Assembly: GCA_963662285.2 (NCBI GenBank)
Contig: CAXXMV010000002.1
Span: forward strand, 448,001 to 512,000
DNA length: 64,000 nucleotides
Source of the DNA: a bacterium
Lineage (GTDB): Bacteria > Hinthialibacterota > Hinthialibacteria > Hinthialibacterales > Hinthialibacteraceae
Reading direction: 5' to 3'
Positions 41,051 to 50,876 of the stretch are shown here, one piece after another. Position 1 is the stretch's first letter, and each line of letters begins with the position of its first letter. The translations under genes and the position numbers were made by a program. A model generated the notes under the pieces. That model searched no databases, was not told the DNA's origin, and worked only from the letters and a program-made list of their open reading frames with translations.

Positions 41051-42710
41051 AATTATCAGCGCAAGTTTTCAGCGCATTAAGCAATGGGTCTTTGGCTTCC
41101 AGCGAAATTGCCCGGCGGGCGCTTTGCAACCGATGGATATCGTTCATTAATGTCTCGCGGATTACGTCGCGCACCTGTTGTTGAAATGAGCGTTTGGTTT
41201 TTTCAAATTTCCCCAGGGGCAGAAACTTAAAAATACTGGGTACGAATACCCATGTTCCAAATCCGGGAATGGTCAAAACGTCGGCGATCAATACCGCCGC
41301 CACCACCACCACCAAAAAAGGTTCGTTTTTCAAAGAAGCGGATATAGTGTCGGAAGATATCAAATCCCGGCAATTCTGTTCAAAGGTCTCAACGATTTTT
41401 TGGATATCTACGGCGTATTGTGGTTCATCTTCTTGCTCACTGAGTCCGTAAGAAGCAAAGGCTTCCTTAAACAAACATGAGTCTGGATTCTTTTGAATGG
41501 TATACCTGATGGTTTCCCGATGATCGGAAAGACGCGATATTACCTCTTGATCCAGTTTTGCCTTATCGAGCCGTAAAAGTTGCGATACCACTTCATCCCG
41601 TTTGTTACCAAAAGCCATTTTGAAACTGCGTCTCAATGCCCCGGTAGAGGTTACCCGCTTAAAGAATCGCATCAGATTGCTAATGCTGAACCTTTTAAGC
41701 CCAAGATGCTCCAGCACTTGCTGCGCCTCTTCATTCAAAACGCTCTGAATTGAAATGGGCTTTTCGCTGGATAATTGCTCTTGAATAACCTTTTCCACCT
41801 GTCTCTCAAGATCATAGAACACCCGGTTGCGGCGCTCATTCTCTTCGACAATCTTTTTAGCCGCAGGCGCCATCTTTTTCTTAACAGGACCAATAGAGGC
41901 ATGATTGCCGCTTAAGGCTAAATCGTCGCGGAAACGCAGGAATTCAATTTCATTATCGAAATGCAATTTACTGCCCATATCCGGCAGGACATGAATGGTA
42001 TCAACTCCGAAGAAGGTTTTTACATTTTTTAGATCGGGATGATCTAAATCGATGCGGTCTCTGCCCCGGTTATTGATAACGCAAAGCCGCCGTTGCTGGA
42101 ATTTCTTGGATAAGGCGACCGGCGCCTCATAATCACGGTGATAGAGCGTCTCTTCATCAACCACGAAAACTACCGTGTCCAGCCAGGGCAGCAGCGTTAA
42201 CGCCAGAAGATTATCGTTCAGAGACCGGGTGGTATTGATATCGGGCAAATCGAACAGGACGATTTTGCTCCACTCGCCATTCGAGGTCAAAAGCCAGCGG
42301 ATCGAACCAGGCGCTCCGGCTTCTGACGAGGCCTGATCCAGGGAGATGATATCCCGCTGCCATCCGGGCAGAAAAACTGGAACGAAACTATCTTCGATAT
42401 CCCGCACTGATTGCACGAATTGTTCTGAAGACAGCAAAACCGGACCAGCGGTATTATGCGCCTTCCAGCCAGTAATACAGGCCGCTTTGCCCAGCAAACT
42501 GTTGAAAATAGTAGATTTACCAGTCCCAGTACACCCGATGAAACCAACCAGCGTGGCGCGGTCATCTCCCAAACGCTCCCGGCATACAGCCAGCATCACC
42601 ATATCCAGCAATTGCCCGACATCAGCAATCGGCATGGATAGAGATTTCAACCGCTCCGCAGAGAGGGCGATAGTTTCCAACGCAGATTGGTCTGATTTAG
42701 TATTGTTCAT
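41040..42710 (-). CDS. Dynamin-like/TRAFAC GTPase (partner of the downstream GTPase)
   Basis: G1 GCTGTGKS, DLPD, degenerate G4 NNRG; C-terminal hydrophobic stretch; overlaps the next gene. Confidence 0.75.
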   Translation of the reverse strand: MNNTKSDQSALETIALSAERLKSLSMPIADVGQLLDMVMLAVCRERLGDDRATLVGFIGCTGTGKSTIFNSLLGKAACITGWKAHNTAGPVLLSSEQFVQSVRDIEDSFVPVFLPGWQRDIISLDQASSEAGAPGSIRWLLTSNGEWSKIVLFDLPDINTTRSLNDNLLALTLLPWLDTVVFVVDEETLYHRDYEAPVALSKKFQQRRLCVINNRGRDRIDLDHPDLKNVKTFFGVDTIHVLPDMGSKLHFDNEIEFLRFRDDLALSGNHASIGPVKKKMAPAAKKIVEENERRNRVFYDLERQVEKVIQEQLSSEKPISIQSVLNEEAQQVLEHLGLKRFSISNLMRFFKRVTSTGALRRSFKMAFGNKRDEVVSQLLRLDKAKLDQEVISRLSDHRETIRYTIQKNPDSCLFKEAFASYGLSEQEDEPQYAVDIQKIVETFEQNCRDLISSDTISASLKNEPFLVVVVAAVLIADVLTIPGFGTWVFVPSIFKFLPLGKFEKTKRSFQQQVRDVIRETLMNDIHRLQSARRAISLEAKDPLLNALKTCADNYEN

Positions 42711-42845
42711 ATATTTTTCTTTATATATCATATACGACAATTCATTAAAATTTATTTTAGAGTTTTTTCACACCCATCCAGACATTTTTTTTGAAATTGT
42801 TTTGTTTTGGGGAGGAGAATGGAATTAACTTTAATTGGGGTTGTA

Positions 42846-44471
42846 TTATTTCGTTGTGCGCTTGGAGCGGATGGATTGGGCTTTTGCTTTATACTCTTGG
42901 GCTTCGGCTTCACGTCCGGTGTGCATTAGGAATATAGCAAAATTCTCATATACAATTGCTAAAGTAGGATGATCATCAGGCAAGATTTTTTCAAATATCT
43001 TTCTACACCGTAAAAAAAATGGTTCCGCCTTATCATACTCGCCTTGGGCGTAATAGAGTCCCGCCAAGTTGTTAAGATCAGTAGCCAGATTTGGATGATC
43101 TTGTCCTAAGGCTTTCTCATGAATCTCAATGGCCCGTAAATAAAGCAGTTCGGCCTGCTCATATTTGCCTTGGGCGCTATAGAGACTCGCCAAGTTGTTG
43201 AGGTGAATAGCCAAACTTGGATGATCTTGTCCTAAGGCTTTCTCATGAATCTCAATGGCCCGTAAATAAAGCAGTTCGGCCTGTTCATAGTTGCCTTGAG
43301 CACGATAGAGTCCCGCCAGGTTGTTAATATCTATAGCCAGCCTTGGATGATCTTTTCCTAAGACTTTCTCATCAACCTCAAGGGCCCGTAAATAAAGCGG
43401 TTCGGCCCGTTCATATTCACCTTGGGATTTATAAAGTAACGCCAAGTTGTTGAGATGAGTCGCGAATTGTGGATGCTCTTTTCCTAAGGCTTTCCCATCA
43501 ATCTCAATGGCCCGTAAAAAAAGCGGTTCGGCCTGTTCATATTTGCCTTGGGCGCGATAGAGTTCCGCCAAGTTATTGAGATGAGTCGCGAATTGTGGAT
43601 GATCTTTTCCAAAGGCTTTCTCAACAATCTCAATGGCCCGTAAAAAAAGCGGTTCGGCCTGTTCATATTTGCCTTGGGCATAATAGATTAACGCCAAGTC
43701 GCTTAAATTTTCACCTGAATTAGGAGCATCCGGTTTTTGCAGATAGGATTCAGGTAATTGCTCGAGCATCCATGAACGAAGTTCTCTGGCTTCCAACATT
43801 GCGCCTGCATCATGGAGTGATTTGACTGCTGGAATAACAATTTGCCCTAATATCTCGTTGAATGGAGCATCTTGCTGAAGGGCGATAGCAAAGCGCTCCT
43901 TCAAGTAATCAGTGCGCTTTCGTGCTTCATCAATATTCCCGGTTGGTTTATCAATGGGCTGAAGCATCGATTGCATTTCATAAGATGGAGCAACACTTTC
44001 AGTAAGATGCAAACGTAATACGAACCACGAATCCAGATCCGGCGCGGTGCGAACCAAGTTATCAATGTAATTATCTGAAACCCACCAGATTTGGCGGATG
44101 GAATCTTTAGCTAAATTCTCGCGGTTAAAATTCAAAGCGCGAAGATAATCTTCCATTGGATATTTGGCAACTATAGGGTTTGGGAAACCTGTTATTGAAA
44201 CTACCCCGGAAGAGATGGCGCCTAATTTATCAAGCAGTATACGGGTGAAATCTGAGGGTGACTCATCGGTTGGAAGATGAATCTCATGAAAATCAATGTT
44301 ATCTTTCTGCAGCTGGTTGCGCAGCCGATCTACTAGCTGCATGCGGGAGAATTCAGAAAAATACTGCACTCTCGAAAAGCCTTCATCAGCCCGTTGACAC
44401 CATATTTCCAGGCGGCGAAATATATCGGCTATCGATCCTTCAGCAGGGAGGATTGCTTTATCTTGTTCCAC
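42846..44471 (-). CDS. TPR-array protein with an N-terminal degenerate NTPase-like domain
   Basis: LNFNRENL…IWW…APDLDSW N-terminal block; six 42-aa repeats (LNNLA.LY..QG.Y..AE.L..RA.EI..K.LG..HP). Confidence 0.85.
   Translation of the reverse strand: MEQDKAILPAEGSIADIFRRLEIWCQRADEGFSRVQYFSEFSRMQLVDRLRNQLQKDNIDFHEIHLPTDESPSDFTRILLDKLGAISSGVVSITGFPNPIVAKYPMEDYLRALNFNRENLAKDSIRQIWWVSDNYIDNLVRTAPDLDSWFVLRLHLTESVAPSYEMQSMLQPIDKPTGNIDEARKRTDYLKERFAIALQQDAPFNEILGQIVIPAVKSLHDAGAMLEARELRSWMLEQLPESYLQKPDAPNSGENLSDLALIYYAQGKYEQAEPLFLRAIEIVEKAFGKDHPQFATHLNNLAELYRAQGKYEQAEPLFLRAIEIDGKALGKEHPQFATHLNNLALLYKSQGEYERAEPLYLRALEVDEKVLGKDHPRLAIDINNLAGLYRAQGNYEQAELLYLRAIEIHEKALGQDHPSLAIHLNNLASLYSAQGKYEQAELLYLRAIEIHEKALGQDHPNLATDLNNLAGLYYAQGEYDKAEPFFLRCRKIFEKILPDDHPTLAIVYENFAIFLMHTGREAEAQEYKAKAQSIRSKRTTK
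42951..43706 (-). repeat. Intragenic tandem repeat, 6 x 126 bp
   Basis: Recurring DNA such as atctcaatggcccgtaaa and ttcggcctgttcata at 126-nt spacing. Confidence 0.9.
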
Positions 44472-45873
44472 CAGCCACGCTCCCTGAGTCTGCTCTATCC
44501 AATTCTTCTAGATCCGCCAGCAGATCAACCACCAGGGGATGAACGCCATACCACCCCTCGCCGTTAAATTCCTGAACCGCACGGGCGCGCAGCAGCGAAT
44601 GCATTACTTGGTTAGTAATTTTCGTGTCAGGTTTCCCATCATATATTTTGATTAATTGATCGACTTTATCCTTTAAAGAAATTGCCACTTTATCATAAGA
44701 ACTTTCTCCAAGACTCCGTCGATACTCTATTCTCTTATTGTTGATTGACTTGGTTACATCATCTTCAGAAATTGTTTTCACATTCCTCATAATGGCATTA
44801 TCAGTTGCGTACATAACCATCGAAAAGAGGTCGCGCAGATTACCACCCGATGCTGTGATAAGACGGGCAATCTGTCCATCATCAAATAATTTTGCATCCA
44901 TCCGGGCTTCTAAAATTGACTGGATTGCCTTGCGTCCAGCATCATGAACTCTATGATCTTTATCAAAAACAGGAATATCCGGTATACAGAATGGTTTATC
45001 CAGAAGCGATTCAGCCTGTCCTGAATAAGCCAGCGTGACTGGAATAGTTGCAATTATGTGAATGCTCAGGTTCTTTAATATGTTTGAATAAGTGATGAAG
45101 AAATCTTCAACTCGCGCAATGGGAATCCCCGATTTATCGAAATCCTCACCGATAATAAGCCATTCTTTTTCAATAACTTTGTAGAGCAATGCATTGCATT
45201 CATCTAATAACCTATTGGCGAGATTCAGGATCTCAGATATACGGTTTAAGCGGTATTCTACAATTTCCTTCTTCCGGTCAGATGAATATTTCATCTCCCC
45301 CTTTGTCACCGCGAATAATCCTAACACATTAGCCCAAAGCGAACCACCTTCAGCGCCTGCGCCTGCTTCTATGCTCCCAGCGATTCTCGTATCTTTTTCT
45401 AGGGTAACTTTCTCTAAAGCAAACCAATTCAAAACATCGGTCAACAAATTATCCGATAGTTTTTCTTTTGATTTGTTTTCTTTTAAGATTTTTTCGGTCT
45501 GTTCAGCCGTTTCGATCATAATCAACAGCAAAACATCAAACGGCCGGAAACTGACTGGATCGAGTTCATTTGTCACGCTGAAGCGGATCACTTCATACTT
45601 TTCTTCAATACCAAAAGCCAGTTTTGTAAGTTCGGTCGATTTCCCAACTCCAGGATGACCAGCAACTAGGCACTTAAACCGGGAACCCTGAAACGCGCGG
45701 TTCAATCCCAAACTAATACGTTTAACCTTATCTTCACCACGGACATCATTGACCGCACCACGATAAAATGCGTCGAACTCCTCATGCCCGGTTAATGGTT
45801 CAGGAGAAAAATTTTTGAAAACATCATTCAGGTTATCAGCTGGTTTCCAGATTTTGGTTTTATTATTCATCAT
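44458..45873 (-). CDS. P-loop ATPase, STAND/AAA+-like
   Basis: Walker A GHPGVGKSTEL, Walker B LIIGEDFDK, SGGNLRDL, C-terminal WYGVHPLV; 14-nt overlap with the TPR gene. Confidence 0.85.
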   Translation of the reverse strand: MMNNKTKIWKPADNLNDVFKNFSPEPLTGHEEFDAFYRGAVNDVRGEDKVKRISLGLNRAFQGSRFKCLVAGHPGVGKSTELTKLAFGIEEKYEVIRFSVTNELDPVSFRPFDVLLLIMIETAEQTEKILKENKSKEKLSDNLLTDVLNWFALEKVTLEKDTRIAGSIEAGAGAEGGSLWANVLGLFAVTKGEMKYSSDRKKEIVEYRLNRISEILNLANRLLDECNALLYKVIEKEWLIIGEDFDKSGIPIARVEDFFITYSNILKNLSIHIIATIPVTLAYSGQAESLLDKPFCIPDIPVFDKDHRVHDAGRKAIQSILEARMDAKLFDDGQIARLITASGGNLRDLFSMVMYATDNAIMRNVKTISEDDVTKSINNKRIEYRRSLGESSYDKVAISLKDKVDQLIKIYDGKPDTKITNQVMHSLLRARAVQEFNGEGWYGVHPLVVDLLADLEELDRADSGSVAGGTR

Positions 45874-45942
45874 TTTTCTTAAAAACAGATTTTTAATATA
45901 CTCATGAGTTTAAGCATACATATATAAACAGTACAAATCAAT

Positions 45943-45980
45943 AAAAAAAGGTGGATCGAAGCGCTTCGTCCACCTTTTTT
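45943..45980 (-). terminator. Intrinsic terminator after thiC
   Basis: aaaaaaaggtgga-tcgaagcgcttcg-tccacctttttt. Confidence 0.85.
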
Positions 45981-46006
45981 GGTTCAAATATTGATAACTG
46001 ACTGCA

Positions 46007-47497
<1,491 letters not shown>

Positions 47498-47509
47498 TTA
47501 TTGACTCCG

Positions 47510-47595
47510 TCGCTTTCCTCCGCCGGCATGACCCGGATCAGGTTCGAGGGGTATCTCTTCGGGATTCTCAGGGCTGCATAGCCCACCCCCAGCGA
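47510..47595 (-). ncRNA. TPP riboswitch
   Basis: Minus strand ucgcuGGGGGUG…CUGAGA…AUACCC…GAACCUGAUCCGGGUCAUGCCGGCGGAGGAAagcga upstream of thiC; P1 ucgcu/agcga. Confidence 0.95.
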
Positions 47596-47607
47596 TATCT
47601 AAGTTAC

Positions 47608-47637
47608 ATTATATCTTCCATGACATTTTCCTGTCAA
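47608..47637 (-). promoter_or_regulatory. Sigma70 promoter of the riboswitch-thiC transcript
   Basis: TTGACA-18-TATAAT immediately upstream of the riboswitch. Confidence 0.8.
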
Positions 47638-47692
47638 TGAAGCGTCCCGCTAAGCAGGAAAAGCCATTGGCATGATAACCGCCATAAACATT

Positions 47693-48229
47693 CTACATTG
47701 TCTCGCTATTCAACTGCAAAATATTTGTGCGATAGATTTTGCGGATTTCCAACAGGACGTCGCGGTGGTTGTAATAATCGGGATAGGTCCAGGGCAGTTT
47801 ATGAAAATCATCCCTGGAGAAGGTCATGGTCACCTCGGCGTATATCCCCTGATCCAGGTAGATGCGCTGACTGAAGTTCTTGGTGCTGGCCAGCACCAGA
47901 TTGGCCGCCCCGATATATCCGGGGTCAAGATTGATGGTTCGCTTGCCATTAACCGACTGTACATCTTCGCACTGATTGGAGAGAACTTTCAGATGAACCA
48001 GTTGATTAGGATTGATCAAATCACGCAAAGATACATAACGCCGGATCAGATCAGCCCCCATCTCCCGCTCATAATATCCCGTTTCAACGAACGGAAATTC
48101 AGCGCTCCTATAATCAACCGGGCTGAAGCGCTGCTCGATTTTGCTCAGCGCCATCTCGATATCTTCAGGTCGTTTATACAAAAGACCAATTATCGGTTTT
48201 ACCAAATCCGGTGATGAAATTTCGCCCAA
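47693..48229 (-). CDS. DUF4416 family protein
   Basis: YYEREMG..L.R, R..NLDPGY, LASTKNFS.RIYL..GIYAEVT, LPWTYPDY. Confidence 0.8.
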   Translation of the reverse strand: MGEISSPDLVKPIIGLLYKRPEDIEMALSKIEQRFSPVDYRSAEFPFVETGYYEREMGADLIRRYVSLRDLINPNQLVHLKVLSNQCEDVQSVNGKRTINLDPGYIGAANLVLASTKNFSQRIYLDQGIYAEVTMTFSRDDFHKLPWTYPDYYNHRDVLLEIRKIYRTNILQLNSETM

Positions 48230-48358
48230 GGCAATCTCCTTAAGTTTCTTATGAAGACAAAAATAACCAACTTTGATATTCCGAAGGTTTCATTCGCCAA
48301 ACTAATATAATTATGATAAGATTATTGTAACCACATTGTTAAGAGAACGCAAAAAACC

Positions 48359-49648
48359 ATGATCACTCGCATTCAGGTAATGAATTATAAATCGTTGCGG
48401 CGTCTAGATATACCGATGAGCCGCTTCCATGTCCTGGTTGGGCCAAACGCCAGCGGCAAAAGCGCCTTTTTGGATGTACTATCCTTCTTGCATGATTTCA
48501 TCTCAAAAGACCTCGATTACGCTGTAGAAAAACGAACCGACAATTTCTTCGATCTGGTTTGGGGAAGAGGAAACCAAGGCAACAGTTTTGAAATCACCAT
48601 AGAACTGGATATCCCATCTAGATTTGTAAATGAACAGGATATTAAAGGCATAGCGCGATACGAATTATCGGTTCATTTTAATGACGAAAAGAATGAATAT
48701 GAAATTGCTGAAGAAAGATGTTTTCATAAGAAATCAATGCCTTTTGAATTATACAATGAAATTATATCGCCCTCATTTATTACCAGCGAAGATCAAATCA
48801 ACAAACCTAGATTGATTAAAATCAATCGTAAATATCACGAAAATAAATTGATTAATGAATATGAATTGGAACAGGGATTAGAAACAGGATGCTTTATTTT
48901 TTCTGGGAAATGGAAAACATCAGGTTTAACAATTCCTCCAGATGAGCAATATGAACCATCTTTTCATTGGATTAAAAGAATCCTATTGCATGATATTAAC
49001 GTGTATAATTTCAATTCATTGAAATTCAAGGAAGCGTGCAAACTTGGAACGGGTATTTTTCTTGAATCTGAAGGCTCTAATCTCCCTTGGGTAGTCAAAG
49101 AATTCAAAAAGAAGAATCCTGATTATTTCAATAATTGGCTTACACATATCCAAACATCTTTGCCCGATCTTACCGATATACGCGCTTTCGTCCGTCCGGA
49201 AGACAGGCATTGTTATTTAATGCTCAAGTACAAAAACGGCGTTGAACTTCCTTCCTGGGCTGTTTCAGATGGTACATTACGCCTACTAGCATTAACCCTG
49301 CCCGCATACCTACCCGATAACCAAGGCGTCTATATGTTCGAAGAACCAGAGAATGGCATCCATCCGCAAGCCATCGAAACGGTGATCGATTCACTCAAAT
49401 CTTTCTACAATGGACAGGTTTTGATCACCACCCATTCACCATTAATTCTAAGCCTGGTTAAACCGGAAGATATATTGTGCTTTTGGAGCGATTCAGAAAA
49501 AGGAACCCAAATCACAACCGGGGATAAACATCCAGTGTTGCAGGAATGGAAAAAGAACAAAGACGCCAGCCTGGGCGTCCTCTTTGCATCAGGGATTTTA
49601 GACGGCGAGTGGGGTGACGATGAAAGATCTAGTAGTGCTGGTCTCTGA
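48359..49648 (+). CDS. ABC-superfamily (AAA_21-type) ATPase, MAD3-like
   Basis: Walker A GPNASGKS, signature VSDGTLR, Walker B/D-loop MFEEPENGIHP, H-loop TTHSP. Confidence 0.88.
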   Translation: MITRIQVMNYKSLRRLDIPMSRFHVLVGPNASGKSAFLDVLSFLHDFISKDLDYAVEKRTDNFFDLVWGRGNQGNSFEITIELDIPSRFVNEQDIKGIARYELSVHFNDEKNEYEIAEERCFHKKSMPFELYNEIISPSFITSEDQINKPRLIKINRKYHENKLINEYELEQGLETGCFIFSGKWKTSGLTIPPDEQYEPSFHWIKRILLHDINVYNFNSLKFKEACKLGTGIFLESEGSNLPWVVKEFKKKNPDYFNNWLTHIQTSLPDLTDIRAFVRPEDRHCYLMLKYKNGVELPSWAVSDGTLRLLALTLPAYLPDNQGVYMFEEPENGIHPQAIETVIDSLKSFYNGQVLITTHSPLILSLVKPEDILCFWSDSEKGTQITTGDKHPVLQEWKKNKDASLGVLFASGILDGEWGDDERSSSAGL

Positions 49649-50249
49649 TAAAAATATGCGTTTTGCATTATTAAGCCTTTTGAAAAGACCTCAATCCTTG
49701 GAAATACGCCCAATTAGATACGATATACCCTCCAATTACCTTCAAAACGATCCCGGCTGCCTAAATAAAAGTCATGAGTTCCTAAGGTCTCAACAGCGAT
49801 TATACAAGCATGGATTAGTAATTTTTGATCATGATGGATGCGGCAAAGAAAAATTTAGCAGAGAAGCAATCGAACAATCCGTTGAACAAAGGTTGCAACA
49901 AAGCGGCTGGGAAGGCAAAGCGGCGGCGATTGTTATTGATCCCGAACTGGAAAATTGGGTTTGGAGCGCATCTCCCCATGTGGCGGACGCTTTAGGCTGG
50001 CAAAACCGTAACGACGAATTGAGGAACTGGTTAGAAGAGGAAGGTTATAAATTCTCTGAACATCATAAACCCAATAATCCCAAAGAGGCCGTAGAAGCTG
50101 CCTTGGAAAAAGCATACTATCCCCGTTCTTCACATATATATGCGCAAATCGCCGATACAGTCAGTCTGCAAAATTGCACAGATCCCGCATTTCTGAAACT
50201 AAAAACCACTCTTAAAACTTGGTTTCCCATAGAAAACAAAATAGTATAA
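49620..50249 (+). CDS. ATPase-associated TOPRIM-like protein, MAD4-like
   Basis: MKDLVVLVSDKNM, DPGC, FDHDG (DxD), PELENW, PK; overlaps the ATPase stop. Confidence 0.7.
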   Translation: MKDLVVLVSDKNMRFALLSLLKRPQSLEIRPIRYDIPSNYLQNDPGCLNKSHEFLRSQQRLYKHGLVIFDHDGCGKEKFSREAIEQSVEQRLQQSGWEGKAAAIVIDPELENWVWSASPHVADALGWQNRNDELRNWLEEEGYKFSEHHKPNNPKEAVEAALEKAYYPRSSHIYAQIADTVSLQNCTDPAFLKLKTTLKTWFPIENKIV

Positions 50250-50260
50250 GAAATAATAAT

Positions 50261-50289
50261 TTGACATTTTTCGCTATTTCCCATATACT
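50261..50289 (+). promoter_or_regulatory. Sigma70 promoter of hicBA
   Basis: TTGACA-17-TATACT. Confidence 0.8.
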
Positions 50290-50319
50290 TCAGGATGAAT
50301 TTACTAACTTAAAACATTT

Positions 50320-50577
50320 GTGAGCCAAGATATGATTCGCCAATTTACCGTCTTTTTTGAGCCAATAGCAGAAGGTGGATATAATGTGATTGTTCCCTCA
50401 ATCCCGGAAATCTGCACCTTTGGCTCAACCTATGAAGAAGCTAAAGCAATGGTCTCAGACGCGATCCGCTGTTATTTGGAAAGTGCTTTAGAATTGGGCG
50501 AAGAGATTCCATCTGATGTTCATCTTACCCATGAACCGCGCAAGGAATGCGTGTCGATTGAACTAGCCGCACATTGA
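50320..50577 (+). CDS. hicB: HicB-family antitoxin (short, no obvious DNA-binding tail)
   Basis: EGGY.V.VP.IP…TFG.TYEEA..M..DAI..YL…GEEIP. Confidence 0.88.
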   Translation: MSQDMIRQFTVFFEPIAEGGYNVIVPSIPEICTFGSTYEEAKAMVSDAIRCYLESALELGEEIPSDVHLTHEPRKECVSIELAAH

Positions 50578-50804
50578 TGCCTAAACTCCCTATTCTTAAA
50601 CCAAAGCAAGTTGTCCAGGCTCTGAAACGAGCTGGTTTTGTTGTTCATCACCAAACTGGAAGCCACGCTCGACTCGTCCACGGCGCCATCTCGGAACGAA
50701 AGGTCACTATTCCCATCCACGACAAAGACATTCCTAAAGGGACGCTTGCTAATATAATTCGGCAATCCAGACTAACGATAGATGAATTTCTTGAGTTGCT
50801 ATAA
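50574..50804 (+). CDS. hicA: HicA-family mRNA interferase toxin
   Basis: AL.RAGF…QTGSH…VTIP.H.KDI.KGTL..II. Confidence 0.92.
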   Translation: MMPKLPILKPKQVVQALKRAGFVVHHQTGSHARLVHGAISERKVTIPIHDKDIPKGTLANIIRQSRLTIDEFLELL

Positions 50805-50876
50805 AAGGGATACTAAAAATTATTCGGGTGGACTACAAGTTTGGTTTTAAAGCAAAAGCAAAGTAAAAATCTCATC

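Noticed and set aside
42951-43706. Possible CRISPR array or DGR template
   Set aside because: The repeats are in-frame 126-bp coding units without spacers, and no cas or reverse transcriptase gene is present
47672-48214. 180-aa ORF on the + strand
   Set aside because: Fully antisense to the DUF4416-like gene, which has family motifs
50320-50804. hicB-before-hicA order as a novelty
   Set aside because: The reversed order with a short HicB is a known arrangement
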